Shown piece after piece: positions 10,254 through 21,246 of a stretch of DNA of 64,000 nucleotides; position 1 is the stretch's first letter, and every line of letters begins with the position of its first letter. Both the position numbers and the translations under genes were made by a program. A model generated the notes under the pieces. The model saw only the letters and a program-made list of their open reading frames with translations. It made no database searches and had not been told where the DNA came from. This stretch comes from an uncultured Planctomycetota bacterium (GTDB taxonomy: Bacteria > Planctomycetota > Planctomycetia > Isosphaerales > Isosphaeraceae): NCBI GenBank assembly GCA_963823665.1, contig CAWGMQ010000004.1, forward strand, positions 64,001 through 128,000, read 5' to 3'.

Positions 10254-12431
10254 ATGAGTCGACTGAAGTGGTGCAGCCTGACCACCGCGGCCTTGCTCTT
10301 CTGGCTTGCGTCGTCGACGGCCGCGCTCGCTCAGAATCAATCCGCGACTCGAAACGCAGGTCTTGCAAAGCTCCAGCAAGAGCTGACTACCCTCAAGCTC
10401 GAGATCCTCAAGGCCGAGTCCCTTGCCGAGGAGCTCAAGGATGAAGAACGCGTGCTCTCGACCGAACAGCAGGGGGCCGAATCAAGCGATACGCGATTCT
10501 TCCGCGCGCCCGAGAAAGTCTGGATGAAAGCGTTCCCCGGGAATTACGCGAAGGAAGGAGACTCCGACCGCGTGCTCGAAGAACTCGCGAGGACCCACAG
10601 AGACGTCGACAAAGACCAGAAAGAGGCAACCAGAGCGTGGACCTACGCTTTTGATCGGATGTTCGCCTTGCGTGAGAAACAAGCGGAAACCGAACGGATC
10701 ATCGGCTGGAAAATGGGCTCCAAGCCGGTCGAAGGAGCCGTGTCGCCGGGAATGATCGGCCTGGGCGCTCTGGCGGCGCTAGGGGGTCTGGTGCTTCTCT
10801 GTCACGAGAACCGCGGTCGCCTGAGGTGGCGGTTGCGGGCGCTGGGCAGCCGGCCCAGCATGATCACCGCTGCCATCGCTCTGCCCCTGGCGGCCGCCTG
10901 CGCCGGATGGGCGGGCCCGGGCGACGACGACGACACCCCGGCCACGCGCACGGTTAGTTCCGCTCTGGGCACCGCAGCGCTCGTCAAGGAGCTAGAGGGC
11001 GAGCGCGATGCGCTGAAGCAGCAGCTCGAAGAAAAGCAGCAAGCCAACGATGCCGCACGCGAACGGCTCGAGGACCGGCTCAGGGACGTGCGGCACGCGC
11101 GGGCGGCTTATTCGCTCAAGCCCGAAGAAGCACAGAAGAAGATTGTCGACCAGGCCGAGCAGTTCGAGGAGAAGGTCCAGAGAGCTTATCGTGATCTTCG
11201 CGTGGCGGCTCGCATGACCGCGCGAGCAATCGCCGAGGCTGAGGGCATCGAAAAGAAGCTCGAGCGAGATCAATCGGACCTCGAAGCGTTTGTCGTGGGA
11301 AGCAGGGGCACCGCCAGCAAGCTGGGGCTCCTCCGAATCGGCACCTCGATCCTCTTCGTCCTGGCGGCCGTCGTTCCGTTCTCGCTGGTACGCCGCCGCC
11401 GCCGCCGCGAGCGGCTCGAGCAGAGTAGGAAGTGTCCCCGTTGTCTCAACAAGGACACGCTCGACTTCGTTGCCCCGTCCTCTGATCACGAGTTTGACGA
11501 AGGGCAGACGATGTTCCGCTTGAAGGTGTGTAACGCCTGCGACTACGAGATTCGCGAAAACTACATCCACGAGAACCGGCTCTGTTTCCCCACGGTCGGC
11601 ATCAGGAGCAGCGGCAAGACGCACTGGCTGCTCATGCTTTACGACCAGATCAAGAACTCGAACATCCCGGTCGCCTCGGCGATCAGGAAGATTCCTTCCC
11701 GAGAGGACAAGCAATTCGACGAGATGGTGCAGCGCTTGCTCTACGCGGGTGGAGGCCTCGCTCCTACCGTCTACGGCTTGCCCAACCCGCTCACGTTTCA
11801 CGTGCATGACGCCGACCGGGCCGGCGCCAACAAGTCGATGGTCAATCTCTTCGACTACTCCGGCGAAATGCGGAACTTCGACATCGACACGAACGAATTC
11901 CGCCGCCGCGCCCTCTTGTGCGAGGGATTCACGCTCTTTCTCGACCCGACCCAGGCCTCCGAGGGCTCAGCCGGGCTGATCGCCTCGCAGATCGACTGCC
12001 TGTCGAAATTTGCCGAGGAGATGCACGCGATCCGGAGCCTGTCCGCGGACGCGCCGATCGATCTGCCGATCGCAATCTGCGTTTCCAAGATCGACCTCTT
12101 GACCACCAGAAGCTCAATGAGCACCCAGGCCATCCCGCTCGTCACGGCTCTCAGGCAGTCGATGACCAGGCGGGTTGATCTCGCGCTCATTCAGGAGCGG
12201 TCGCAGCTCTGTGCGGCGGCGATCAGTCAGTTGTTTCCCGGCTGGAACATCGAGCGCTCCCTGCGCGAGAACTTTGGCGGCCGGTACATGTTCTTCCCGA
12301 TGAGCGCGGTCGGGCTCGAGGAGGCCGAGCTCGGCATCGAAGACCTCCGCAAGCGAACGATTGCCCCGTGCGGAATGATCGAGCCCTTGCTCTGGCTGCT
12401 GCACATGCACGGTTACTGTGTATTCCACTAG
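10254..12431 (+). CDS. Membrane-anchored TRAFAC-class GTPase (DO-GTPase2-like) with coiled coils and Zn ribbon
   Basis: Signal peptide, two coiled coils, three TMs, CPRC...CNAC. G1 GIRSSGKT (11598-11621), G3 LFDYSGE, LFLDPTQ, G4 VSKID, G5 PMSAVG. Confidence 0.85.
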   Translation: MSRLKWCSLTTAALLFWLASSTAALAQNQSATRNAGLAKLQQELTTLKLEILKAESLAEELKDEERVLSTEQQGAESSDTRFFRAPEKVWMKAFPGNYAKEGDSDRVLEELARTHRDVDKDQKEATRAWTYAFDRMFALREKQAETERIIGWKMGSKPVEGAVSPGMIGLGALAALGGLVLLCHENRGRLRWRLRALGSRPSMITAAIALPLAAACAGWAGPGDDDDTPATRTVSSALGTAALVKELEGERDALKQQLEEKQQANDAARERLEDRLRDVRHARAAYSLKPEEAQKKIVDQAEQFEEKVQRAYRDLRVAARMTARAIAEAEGIEKKLERDQSDLEAFVVGSRGTASKLGLLRIGTSILFVLAAVVPFSLVRRRRRRERLEQSRKCPRCLNKDTLDFVAPSSDHEFDEGQTMFRLKVCNACDYEIRENYIHENRLCFPTVGIRSSGKTHWLLMLYDQIKNSNIPVASAIRKIPSREDKQFDEMVQRLLYAGGGLAPTVYGLPNPLTFHVHDADRAGANKSMVNLFDYSGEMRNFDIDTNEFRRRALLCEGFTLFLDPTQASEGSAGLIASQIDCLSKFAEEMHAIRSLSADAPIDLPIAICVSKIDLLTTRSSMSTQAIPLVTALRQSMTRRVDLALIQERSQLCAAAISQLFPGWNIERSLRENFGGRYMFFPMSAVGLEEAELGIEDLRKRTIAPCGMIEPLLWLLHMHGYCVFH

Positions 12432-12464
12432 ACTGATTGAATAAAGCTCTGAGAGATTTCTCTC

Positions 12465-15281
12465 ATGGGTTGGCCGAGCCCCGGCGATTACAACGGTGCC
12501 ATCCAGACCCCTCAGGCCGCCTTCCGCGACCCGAAGCTCAAGGATTGCGCCGTTGAATTGAAGCCGAGCAAGAGCATGCCGCTGCCCTGGGCGCGCACCG
12601 GCGCCAATGCGATCGTGTACCGGCTCTACAACGGATCGGGCTCGACAGCCGTGCGGGTCTTCCTGAACGCGCCCAAGTCCGAGCGCCAGGCGCGGTACGA
12701 GATGGTCGGGGCATACCTCCACCAGATGAAGCCCCGGTGCACGGTCGATTTTCACTACGACCCCGAGGGAATCCTGGTCGGACAGTGGCTCCCGATCCTG
12801 ACCATGGAGTGGGTTGAAGGCAAGACGCTCGGCTCATGGTTCCGCGACGCGGTGGAGCGGCAGGATTCGCCCGGCATCAAGCGGATGGCGCACGAGTGGA
12901 TCAAGCTCATGGGCGAGCTGCGGTCGCACCAGATCGCGCATTGCGACCTCCAGCACGGCAACGTGATGGTCGTGGGCGACCGGCTGATGCTGGTCGATTA
13001 CGACGGAATGTACGTGCCCGCGATGGGCCAAGGTGAAGAAAAAAACCGCGTTGCCTGGGAAAACGGCCTGCCTGCATACCAGCACCCGAGCCGGCCGGGC
13101 CAGCTCCTTTCCCCGGCGATCGACCACTTCTCGGCCTGGCTCATCCTGATCTCGCTGCGGGCCGTGGCCGACGACCTCTCACTCTGGCATCGCACGATCG
13201 GCTGCACCGAGGAGGAAAGCCTGCTCTTCACCGAGAGAGACTTGAAACAGCCCGACCGCTCCGCGTTGTGGCCCGAGCTGATCAACCATGCCAGAGACAG
13301 GAAAGTTCGCGAGTGGACGGCCGCGTTGCGGCGCTCGCTCGATCGTCCGTTCGAGGAGATTCCGCCGTTCTACCTCGACATTTTTGACCCGGTGCGCGAG
13401 GTGATCAAGGCGGGCGACTGGCGGCAAATCCATGCGCTGGCCTCGAGCCAGCGGTTTGCCAATGAGACGTTTCCGGCCGACGTCGCCCCCAAGGTGAACG
13501 AGGCGATCACGCGGGTCGACTGTGCCCAGCTCTTTGAAGAAAGCCTGCAGAGCGGCAACCTGAAAGCAATCGCCAAGGCTTACCGGCCCGACTTGCTCGA
13601 CGATTGGCTCGACCCGGCGACGGTGGCCAGGGGAAAGCAAGCCAGGGCCGCAGCCGGCCTCATCGACGAGCTCGCCCGCGCCGAGCAAAAAGACCCGGCC
13701 GGCCGGGCGCTGGTTGCTCTTTGGACCGCCCGCGGCAGCGAGCTCCAGGGCATTCCCGAGGCCGACGCGGTCAGGAAAAAAGTCGATCTGTGGAAGAAGC
13801 GAATTGCCGCCGCCGAAAAAGTCGATCAGGTCGTGCGCACAGCCGGGCGGGAGAAGGATATCTTCGAGTCCTGGCAGGCGCTCGACAAGCTGGGGGGCCA
13901 CCCCGATGCCGAGCCACACCGCGTCCGGGCCGAACAGGCTGCGAAATGCCTCAAGGCCCTCGAGGCGTTCGCCGCGCTGCCGCTGACCGAAGATGAGGCT
14001 GCCGACCGCACACTCCTCAAGACCTGGGGTGCGAATTCTAAAGTACTCACCGGCTGCAAGGAGGCCGATCCGTTCCTCGCGCGAGCCCGCGCAGCCAAGG
14101 GGCGCGAGCAGCGACTGGTTGATCTCAAGAGCCGGATCGAGCAGGCCGACCACGGCCAGGGAAGTGAGCGAGCGGTGATCGAGGCGGCCGAAGCGCTTCC
14201 GCCCCGATACGGCGCGAGCTTCTCCGAGCGAATCCGCCAGGCGCGCGAGCGCCTCTCCGCCTCCACCGCACTCGATCACGCACTCGCGGGCGCCCATCCC
14301 TCCGACCTGGCCATCGCCGATGCTGCCGAACGCGCCCGCACCGGTGGAACCTGGCCGGTGAATGCCGCAGTCGCCGCCCGCTGCGTGCTGGCGATCAATC
14401 GCCGCGACCTGCTGCGGACGCTGGATGCGATCTCTTCCGCACTACCTCTGGACGAACAAGACGCGCAGTGGGCCGCATTGTGGGACAACTCGCTCCTGGC
14501 CGACTGCGGCGATGCCCGTGAGCATCGCGCCCGGTATTCAAGTGCCCTCGCGCGCAACGCGGCGTTCGCCGAGCTGGAGCAGGGCCTTCTCGCCGGCGAT
14601 GCCATCAAGGTGAAGCGCTTCGCGCGCGACCCGATCCTGGCGGAACACCCCGGCCTGGCGCGCCGCAAGCCGGAGATCGACGCCCTGATCGCCAAGAGCG
14701 AGCAGGTCGAGCGGCTGCTGGCCGCCGCGAAATCGGGCCATGTCGATGCGTTTCTCGCCGAAGCTGAGCCTGGATTGCTCGCCGCGCACGCAATCGAGTT
14801 CCGTCCCTACCAATCCCAGATCGCCGCGTGGATCGACAAGCGGCTCGGGCAGGGTGACATCCTTCGCGCGGCTGACCCCATGTTCCTTGCCGACCCCGGG
14901 GGCCATGTCGTGACGGCTCGGTGGGCGTGGCAGCAGCCGCAGCTCGTTCAGCGCTGCCTGGTTGCCACCGACACGCGGCGATTCCTCGAGCGCCCCGAGG
15001 ACGCGACGCGGGGAACTGTCAACCTCGACCCGGACATGCACCGCCGCGCCAAGGGGGGTTCGGCGTTCGCGTTGCCGCCCGGGACCGCGAAATTATATGT
15101 GACCGTCTGGCCGGTGGTTGATCTGGGCTGGGACCGGCGGATCGGCCCGCCGTTCCGAATCGGGCCCTACAATGCCGCCAAAGCCGGCGAGTCCGGCCGC
15201 CCCGGCCCTCAGAAGGGTGCAGGCGAGCAGCGACTGCGGGCCGGTCTGCGCACCTTCCTGGAGCGACTACTTAACTCTTGA
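12465..15281 (+). CDS. TerY-P-type Ser/Thr kinase with helical repeats and a C-terminal beta-sandwich
   Basis: WPSPGDYNGAIQ start, MEWVEG, HCDLQHGN, LVDYDGMYVP, YQHP, DHFSAWLI. No TM seen. Confidence 0.85.
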   Translation: MGWPSPGDYNGAIQTPQAAFRDPKLKDCAVELKPSKSMPLPWARTGANAIVYRLYNGSGSTAVRVFLNAPKSERQARYEMVGAYLHQMKPRCTVDFHYDPEGILVGQWLPILTMEWVEGKTLGSWFRDAVERQDSPGIKRMAHEWIKLMGELRSHQIAHCDLQHGNVMVVGDRLMLVDYDGMYVPAMGQGEEKNRVAWENGLPAYQHPSRPGQLLSPAIDHFSAWLILISLRAVADDLSLWHRTIGCTEEESLLFTERDLKQPDRSALWPELINHARDRKVREWTAALRRSLDRPFEEIPPFYLDIFDPVREVIKAGDWRQIHALASSQRFANETFPADVAPKVNEAITRVDCAQLFEESLQSGNLKAIAKAYRPDLLDDWLDPATVARGKQARAAAGLIDELARAEQKDPAGRALVALWTARGSELQGIPEADAVRKKVDLWKKRIAAAEKVDQVVRTAGREKDIFESWQALDKLGGHPDAEPHRVRAEQAAKCLKALEAFAALPLTEDEAADRTLLKTWGANSKVLTGCKEADPFLARARAAKGREQRLVDLKSRIEQADHGQGSERAVIEAAEALPPRYGASFSERIRQARERLSASTALDHALAGAHPSDLAIADAAERARTGGTWPVNAAVAARCVLAINRRDLLRTLDAISSALPLDEQDAQWAALWDNSLLADCGDAREHRARYSSALARNAAFAELEQGLLAGDAIKVKRFARDPILAEHPGLARRKPEIDALIAKSEQVERLLAAAKSGHVDAFLAEAEPGLLAAHAIEFRPYQSQIAAWIDKRLGQGDILRAADPMFLADPGGHVVTARWAWQQPQLVQRCLVATDTRRFLERPEDATRGTVNLDPDMHRRAKGGSAFALPPGTAKLYVTVWPVVDLGWDRRIGPPFRIGPYNAAKAGESGRPGPQKGAGEQRLRAGLRTFLERLLNS

Positions 15282-15323
15282 TCATAATTCGGCGCCTTTG
15301 GCTCGAGCGCACCTGTAGGTAAC

Positions 15324-18300
15324 GTGATGACGACACCCAGCTCAAAAAGCCTCGAACGCACGCCGTCCATCGCCGGGCCGATCGAGCAGCTTTACGTCAT
15401 GCACTGCCTCAAGGAAGACAGCGTTCTGGGGCAAGAGGGCTTCAGCGTGCGCGCCTCGAGCCCCGGCGCAAACGACGCGGCGATCCTGGAATGGGCCCTC
15501 CGGCTCGATTACTACGAGCTGCCGCTGGACATGAAGTCGGGCACGCTTCTGGTTAACCAGGCGCCGCGGCGGCTGGCCCGCGTGCCCGGACCGCCGGGCC
15601 GGGTCGCTCTCGTGCACACAACCTATCTCCCGCAGGACACTGTCGGGCGATCGCACAGCTTTCTCTCGCACATCGCGATTCTTCCCGAGCTGCCAGATCT
15701 CGCCGCAGTGGCCGCGTGGGGTTCAACCGAGTGGCAGACCACGGAGTACCCCCGCGGCGATTCCAAGGTGCTCTCGCCGCTCGATCGCCTGCCGCGCGGC
15801 ACACTGATCGACGAGGCTGCCCTCAAAGGATTCCTCGCGAGCGGAGCAGCGCCGCAGGATCAGAGCCTCGCCCGGTCGATCTACCCGAGCCGCGTCGAGT
15901 CGAATCCCCAGGCGCGGCGGCGCTGGGTGCGGGCCGCGCTGCACGGCTTCCTCAAGGCCGGCGAGCCGAGCTCGCGCAAGGCGAGGCTCTGCATTCTCGC
16001 CGAGCCAGGCGCCGTGGCGCTTCTGATCTACGCAATCGCCCGGCTTTTACCGGAACGCATTGCCGGCGCATTCCCGTTTTCGACGTATGAGCCGCACTAC
16101 ACGTCGTTGCGAGACAACAAGGTGGCTCGCGTGATCGGCAGCTTCGCGCGGAACGGCCTCGATCGAGGTGATCTCGAGAGCCTGAGGCGCCGGGGATATG
16201 TGCTCGACACGCTTCGCAATGACGACGACCCCGATCTCGCCGTCGCGGCTGACTGGCCGCTCGAAGGGATCATCACTCTGGCGGCGGAAGGCAACTGGAA
16301 AGGTGTGGATGAAATTCGCGAGCTGTGGTCGCGAGACCCGCGCATCGCACCCGGCGTTTCTGCGACGGTGCTCGGCGAGGCGCTCAGGGTTCGTCCTCTG
16401 GCCGCCGCGCTGAAAAGCGGCACGCTCGGGCCCGAGGGCCTGCTCGAGCTGCGCCGGAACCATTTCGCAGCAGGGCTGCTCCGCGAGGACGAATTCCGGC
16501 GTCCCACCTGGGAGGCAGTGCGTAAGGTCTGGTTGCAGCCGGTCATCCGGCACGAGTTTGCCGACTTGTTTCGTGAGCACACCGAAGAACTGCTCGCCGA
16601 AGTGACCGGCCTCGTGGAATCCGGACCACCCGGAGCATGGCGCGAGGCCTGGGAGGCACTCAAGCCCGTGATCCCGGCCGAGCGGCGTCTCGACGACTTC
16701 TCGAAGCTGCTGGCGGCGATGGAACACACCGGCGCCGCGCTCCCCGCGGGCGAGCGGGCTAATCTTCTGGTCGACTGGTGTCAGGCCGCGCCGGCAATCG
16801 CAGTGTTTCCAACCGGGCTGCACTGGCTGCTGCATGCCGGCAGCGCCGAGGCCTTCCGCACGCTGCTGGCGTCATCGAAGGTGAGCACACGCCTGGCCGG
16901 CGTCGCAACCTGCCTGGCTCTCTGCGGCGGGGCAGACTGGTCGGCTGAACCCGCTTTTCTCGGCGACCTGCCCGACGACCAGTTCCACGCGTTCGCCACC
17001 GCATTGCCGGGCTTCGAAAACCGCAAGAGCGTCTATGACCGGCTGAAAGCAGCCAGGGGGTCGAGCAAGGTGCTGGTCGACCGGCTGGTCCGGCTTCGCT
17101 CCAGGTTGCCCGAATCGTGCGTGGAGGACGTGCTCTCCGCTCTGAACTGCGACGAGGCGGCGTGGCACGATTACTGGCTCAAAGGCGGGGCGCGAACTTT
17201 GCGGCGATGCTCGCGCACGTCGCGAGCGACTCGGGGCTGGCCCGGCGGATCTGGCAGGGTCTGCTCGGCCGGATGACCCCCGAGAATTTCGCCGACGGCG
17301 AGGCTTCCGGCATCGACGTGTTCGCCGAGATTGCGCGCCGTTATCCAAACTCGCTCTCCCGCGATCAGCAAGAGCGGCTCGAGAGCTGGAATGCGATCAC
17401 GCAGGCGTTCGTGAGCCCGGACACGAAAATGCCGGCGGCCGAGCGGGCCGCGAACCTCGCCTCGGCCTGCCGCGCGGCAAATGTCAAGCGCGAGGACCTG
17501 GCTGCACAGTGGTTTGACACGCACATTCTGACCGCATCGAGCCCGGCAGATTTGAAGAAGAAGTCCGAACAATTTGGACGCGCCCTGCTAGGGTTGTTCG
17601 AGACGGAAGACGCTGCTGCCGCGCAGGCACTCAAGCTGGCGAACGGCGTGGAGAAGCGCGAGCAGCGCCGCAAGTGCACAAGCGCGATGTTCCAGGCGAT
17701 CGTCTCAGGCGAGAACCACGATCGCCTGGCGCTCAAATTCGAGAGCCTGCTAAGGGAGACCGATATCCGCCCCGCGCCCGACGTGGATTTGCTGCAACGA
17801 GGAAAGCCGCGGGGGAGCACAGGCAAGGGAATTGGGATCGGCCCTTTTCGGCTTTCGCCGCAGGGGACGCGAAATCTGCTGACCTTCGTGGGTGGCGCAA
17901 CGTTCGCGCTATTGCTCATGCTGGTGCTGTTTCCCTTGGTGACGCAAGTCGGGAACTGGTTGTGGCCATCAAACGAATTGAACCAGACCGTTCTGGCTCT
18001 CGACGTTGCCAAGAAGGCAGAGCGGGCGCTCTCTGCCCGGATCAAGGAAAAGGATGAGGGTCTTGCAAACATGCAGAACCAGCTCGATTCGGGCAAGGCC
18101 GAAATCCGGCGGCTCGCGGGCGAGCTCAAGTCGGCGAAGGAGCAACATCAGAATCAGCTAGACGCAACAGGATCTGATGCTCGTCCGCAAACAGGCGTCG
18201 ATAACGCCGGAGTCCGCCGGACCCCAGTGTTCGTCGCGGGGACGGTCACGACCATCGACCTGCGGCAAGTCGCCCGCGGGGCCCCGACGAAGAACGGTTC

Positions 18301-19742
18301 GCCAAAGGAAGCGGCGGGCCCGGGAAGGTCGTCACCAACCGGCGGTGACAACATGACTCGCAGCGGCATTGGCGCCGGCACTCCGTCCGAAAACGCAGCA
18401 CTGATTCGGAATCTGCTCGACGTCCTGGTCATTGATCGCCCCATCGCATACCAGCGCGACATCGCTCGGTCTCTCGAGCTCGTGAAACAGGCGGAGCAAA
18501 TGCAGATCGGCGATGCTTACTCTGCTCGCCTCAGGCTGGTGCGACGGCTCCTCACCGGCTTGACGTTCGGAGACTTACCGATCGATCCCGGGGCGGCCAA
18601 GCTGACGACCGATGATTCGCACACGGATCTCGCATTTCTCAGTGGCAATGACGGCCGGTCGGTCCTTGCGACGATCAGGAATCACGTCGTCCCTCTCAAT
18701 CTCTATTTCTTCGAAACGAATGCAGGAGGGTTGTCCTGGAAGGCGAAGGTCCCGACGCTCAAGGAACGCACGCCGAACGTCTTGACCGCGAGCTTGTCCG
18801 GGCGCACGTTCCTCGCGGGCCGGAAAACAGACGACCGATTGGACAATCTTCGTATTTATACAGCCAAAAATCTGTATGAATTAGTATATCAGAAAGACCG
18901 GCTGAGAAGGAACATTATACCTGACGAAGAACGCACGATCTCATTGCAGTCCGAGAACCTCCGCCAAACTGGCCGTCACTGACGTTGATCGCTACGCACT
19001 TGCCGGACCAGCGGGAGTGATGAAGTGGCCTCCAGGTGTGACGGTGGAATCGTCCGGGGGCAATGCTCTCGCGGTTGACTTGAAAGCTTTCAACGACCTG
19101 GTCGAAGGTGAGCCGGTCATTTCGGCGATGACGTTCGACTATACTGGACATATCCTGATCATCGGTTTCCGAAATAGCAAACAACTGCCCGTGTTCGAGC
19201 TAGCGAATGATAAACTGAACCCCGTGGTGCTTCCGAAGTATCCTCACGATGTCCGGGCTTGGGCGCACGGCGTTCACGGAAACCTGGCCGTGGCTACGGA
19301 CCGGGACGTCTTCGTCGGAGAGATCGTCCATACCAGCGACACGGGCACCTTCGAGTCGGTCACACTGACGCCCCCAGTCCCACTGAAATCGAGGAGCTCA
19401 CCGGGCCATCTGACCTGCGTGGCGTTCAGTCCGAAGGGTTCGATTGTCGCGACTGGAGACGAGAACGGCGCGATCGCAATCCGTCCGCTGGATCGATCGA
19501 ACGAGGGAGGCGAGATCCTTCGACTTGGTCACATCGGGCCGATCCAGAAGCTCGCGTTCAGCCCCGACGGTCGCGTGCTCGCGGCGCTCGCCAGCCGTCC
19601 GGACGCAAAGGACGATAGCTCTGCCGACGACAAGAGCAAGGTTCACCCGGGCGTGATCCGCCTTTGGGTCACCGAGGGTTGGGAGCGTACTGATCAGGTG
19701 CGAGGCCAAAGCGGCGCGGCCGTCGCGCCTGATGCAAAATGA
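15324..19742 (+). CDS. GAP1-N2/GAP1-M-like protein with helical region, TM, coiled coil and WD40 propeller (~1470 aa joined)
   Basis: EQLYVMHC...GQEGFSVRASSPG, YLPQDTVGRSHSFLSH, FPFSTYE. Frameshifts near 17190 (G run) and 18960. TM near 17880-17960. WD40 motifs TCVAFSPKG and GHIGPIQKLAFSPDG...IRLW. Confidence 0.75.
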
Positions 19743-19817
19743 CGATTGTGACTCACTGAAATCCGTGTATCTACGTCGCTCCGAGGGCGACGAGCTCATA
19801 GAGGCCTGCTTCCGCAC

Positions 19818-21171
19818 ATGCGAAAAAGCCTCCTCATCCTGTTGTTGTGTGCTCCGCTTCTCTGGATTGCCGGGGCGGAAGGGACGCGGCTTTATAATGT
19901 CTATCGGTGGTCGAGCCCGGAGCTCGAGTCGACCGACGACGACCCGCCTCCCAGGCCGGAGGTCCTCGCCAAGGCCAGGAAGACGGCGGATGCGATCCTC
20001 GAGCTGCCCGACGGCGTGACGTCCGCCGTCGTCAAACTCGAACCGCCGCCGCCGGGTGCCCCTCTTGAGCCTCACGTGGGCAGCGCAGTCCTGAACCACT
20101 CCAAAAAGCGGGCCGAACGCGCCTTCGAGGTTGAGCAAGCCAAGGACGATGGGCTCAAGGTCGAGCAGCAGATCAGACAAATCCTCAAGAAAATGCGCGG
20201 ACAGGACGGCTGGCCGTCGGTGCCGGACAAAGAGAAAGAGCTCGACGGAGTGCTCGAGGAATACGTGGAGAAGGTGCACGACCCCGAGCTGGTGGCTTCG
20301 GCGCACGCCCAGTCGGCCTGGGTTCCTCGAGAAGAGAAGTTTTCGCGGGCCGAACTCGAAGGGCGCTTCAAGGCAATCGACCAGTGGTCGCCGAAGGATG
20401 CCGGCAAGGCGCCACCCTTTGACGATTTCATCGCGAGCTACCGTGGCTACTTGAACGACCACGAGCTGGCCAAGGAAGCGTATGCGGTGAAGCTGACCGG
20501 AGAAGCCAAAGCAAGGCTCGCGCTGGCGCAGCGCGGCGCCCTACTCGTCAGCATCCTCAAAAACTCGGTCGCGCCAGAATCCGACCCGGATCCGATGAAA
20601 CAACGCATCGAAGCGATCGCGGCCATCGCGAAGTTGAACGACGACAATCCCGGTGAACCCGTCCACTCGACGCTCAGGCACATCGTGCAGGTTCTTTGCG
20701 ACGAGTTTCTGAAGCCCGAGCCGCTCGACGAATACGTGAGCCTGACGACGGCGAATTCGCTGGCGCCGGAGAAAGTCAAGCGAACAGATATCCAGGTCAG
20801 CCTGAAGAGCAGCGGCGAGACCGTTTCACTCGGGCCGGACGGGGAATACAAGATCAAGCCGCAAGACGTTGAATCCATCACGCTGGTCTCCAAGATGGTC
20901 GAAGCGCCAGCCCCCTGACGGAGGCGTTCCACCGCTACAGGGAACGGAGTATAGTGAAGCCATCAGGGCATTCAACAGCGTGCGCGAGGGGATCAAGCAA
21001 TGGTCCAGTCAGGAGCTGGATAAGCTACTTGACACCTGCAAGAAGAACGAATCGAAGCTCAAACAAGGAGGCGGTGCCGGGAGCGGAGGGCAAACGCTGA
21101 TCGATCGCATCACGAAACTCCGTGAAATTGTGCACAGCCACCCGAGCCTGTTTGCGTCCGATGTTCCGTGA
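19818..21171 (+). CDS. Exported or membrane-anchored helical hypothetical protein (frameshift in C run near 20915)
   Basis: MRKSLLILLLCAPLLWIAGA leader. ORFs 19818-20918 and 20869-21171 join by removing one C. Confidence 0.7.
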
Positions 21172-21246
21172 CCTCCATCGTCTCGTGAGAATGTCCATTG
21201 TTTCGCCAGTTTCCGTAAATCCGAATCCAAACTCGAGGAGCCCCCG

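Noticed and set aside
11391..11408. (CGC)6 repeat as a contingency locus
   Set aside because: In-frame poly-Arg directly after a TM, explained as a positive-inside topology signal.
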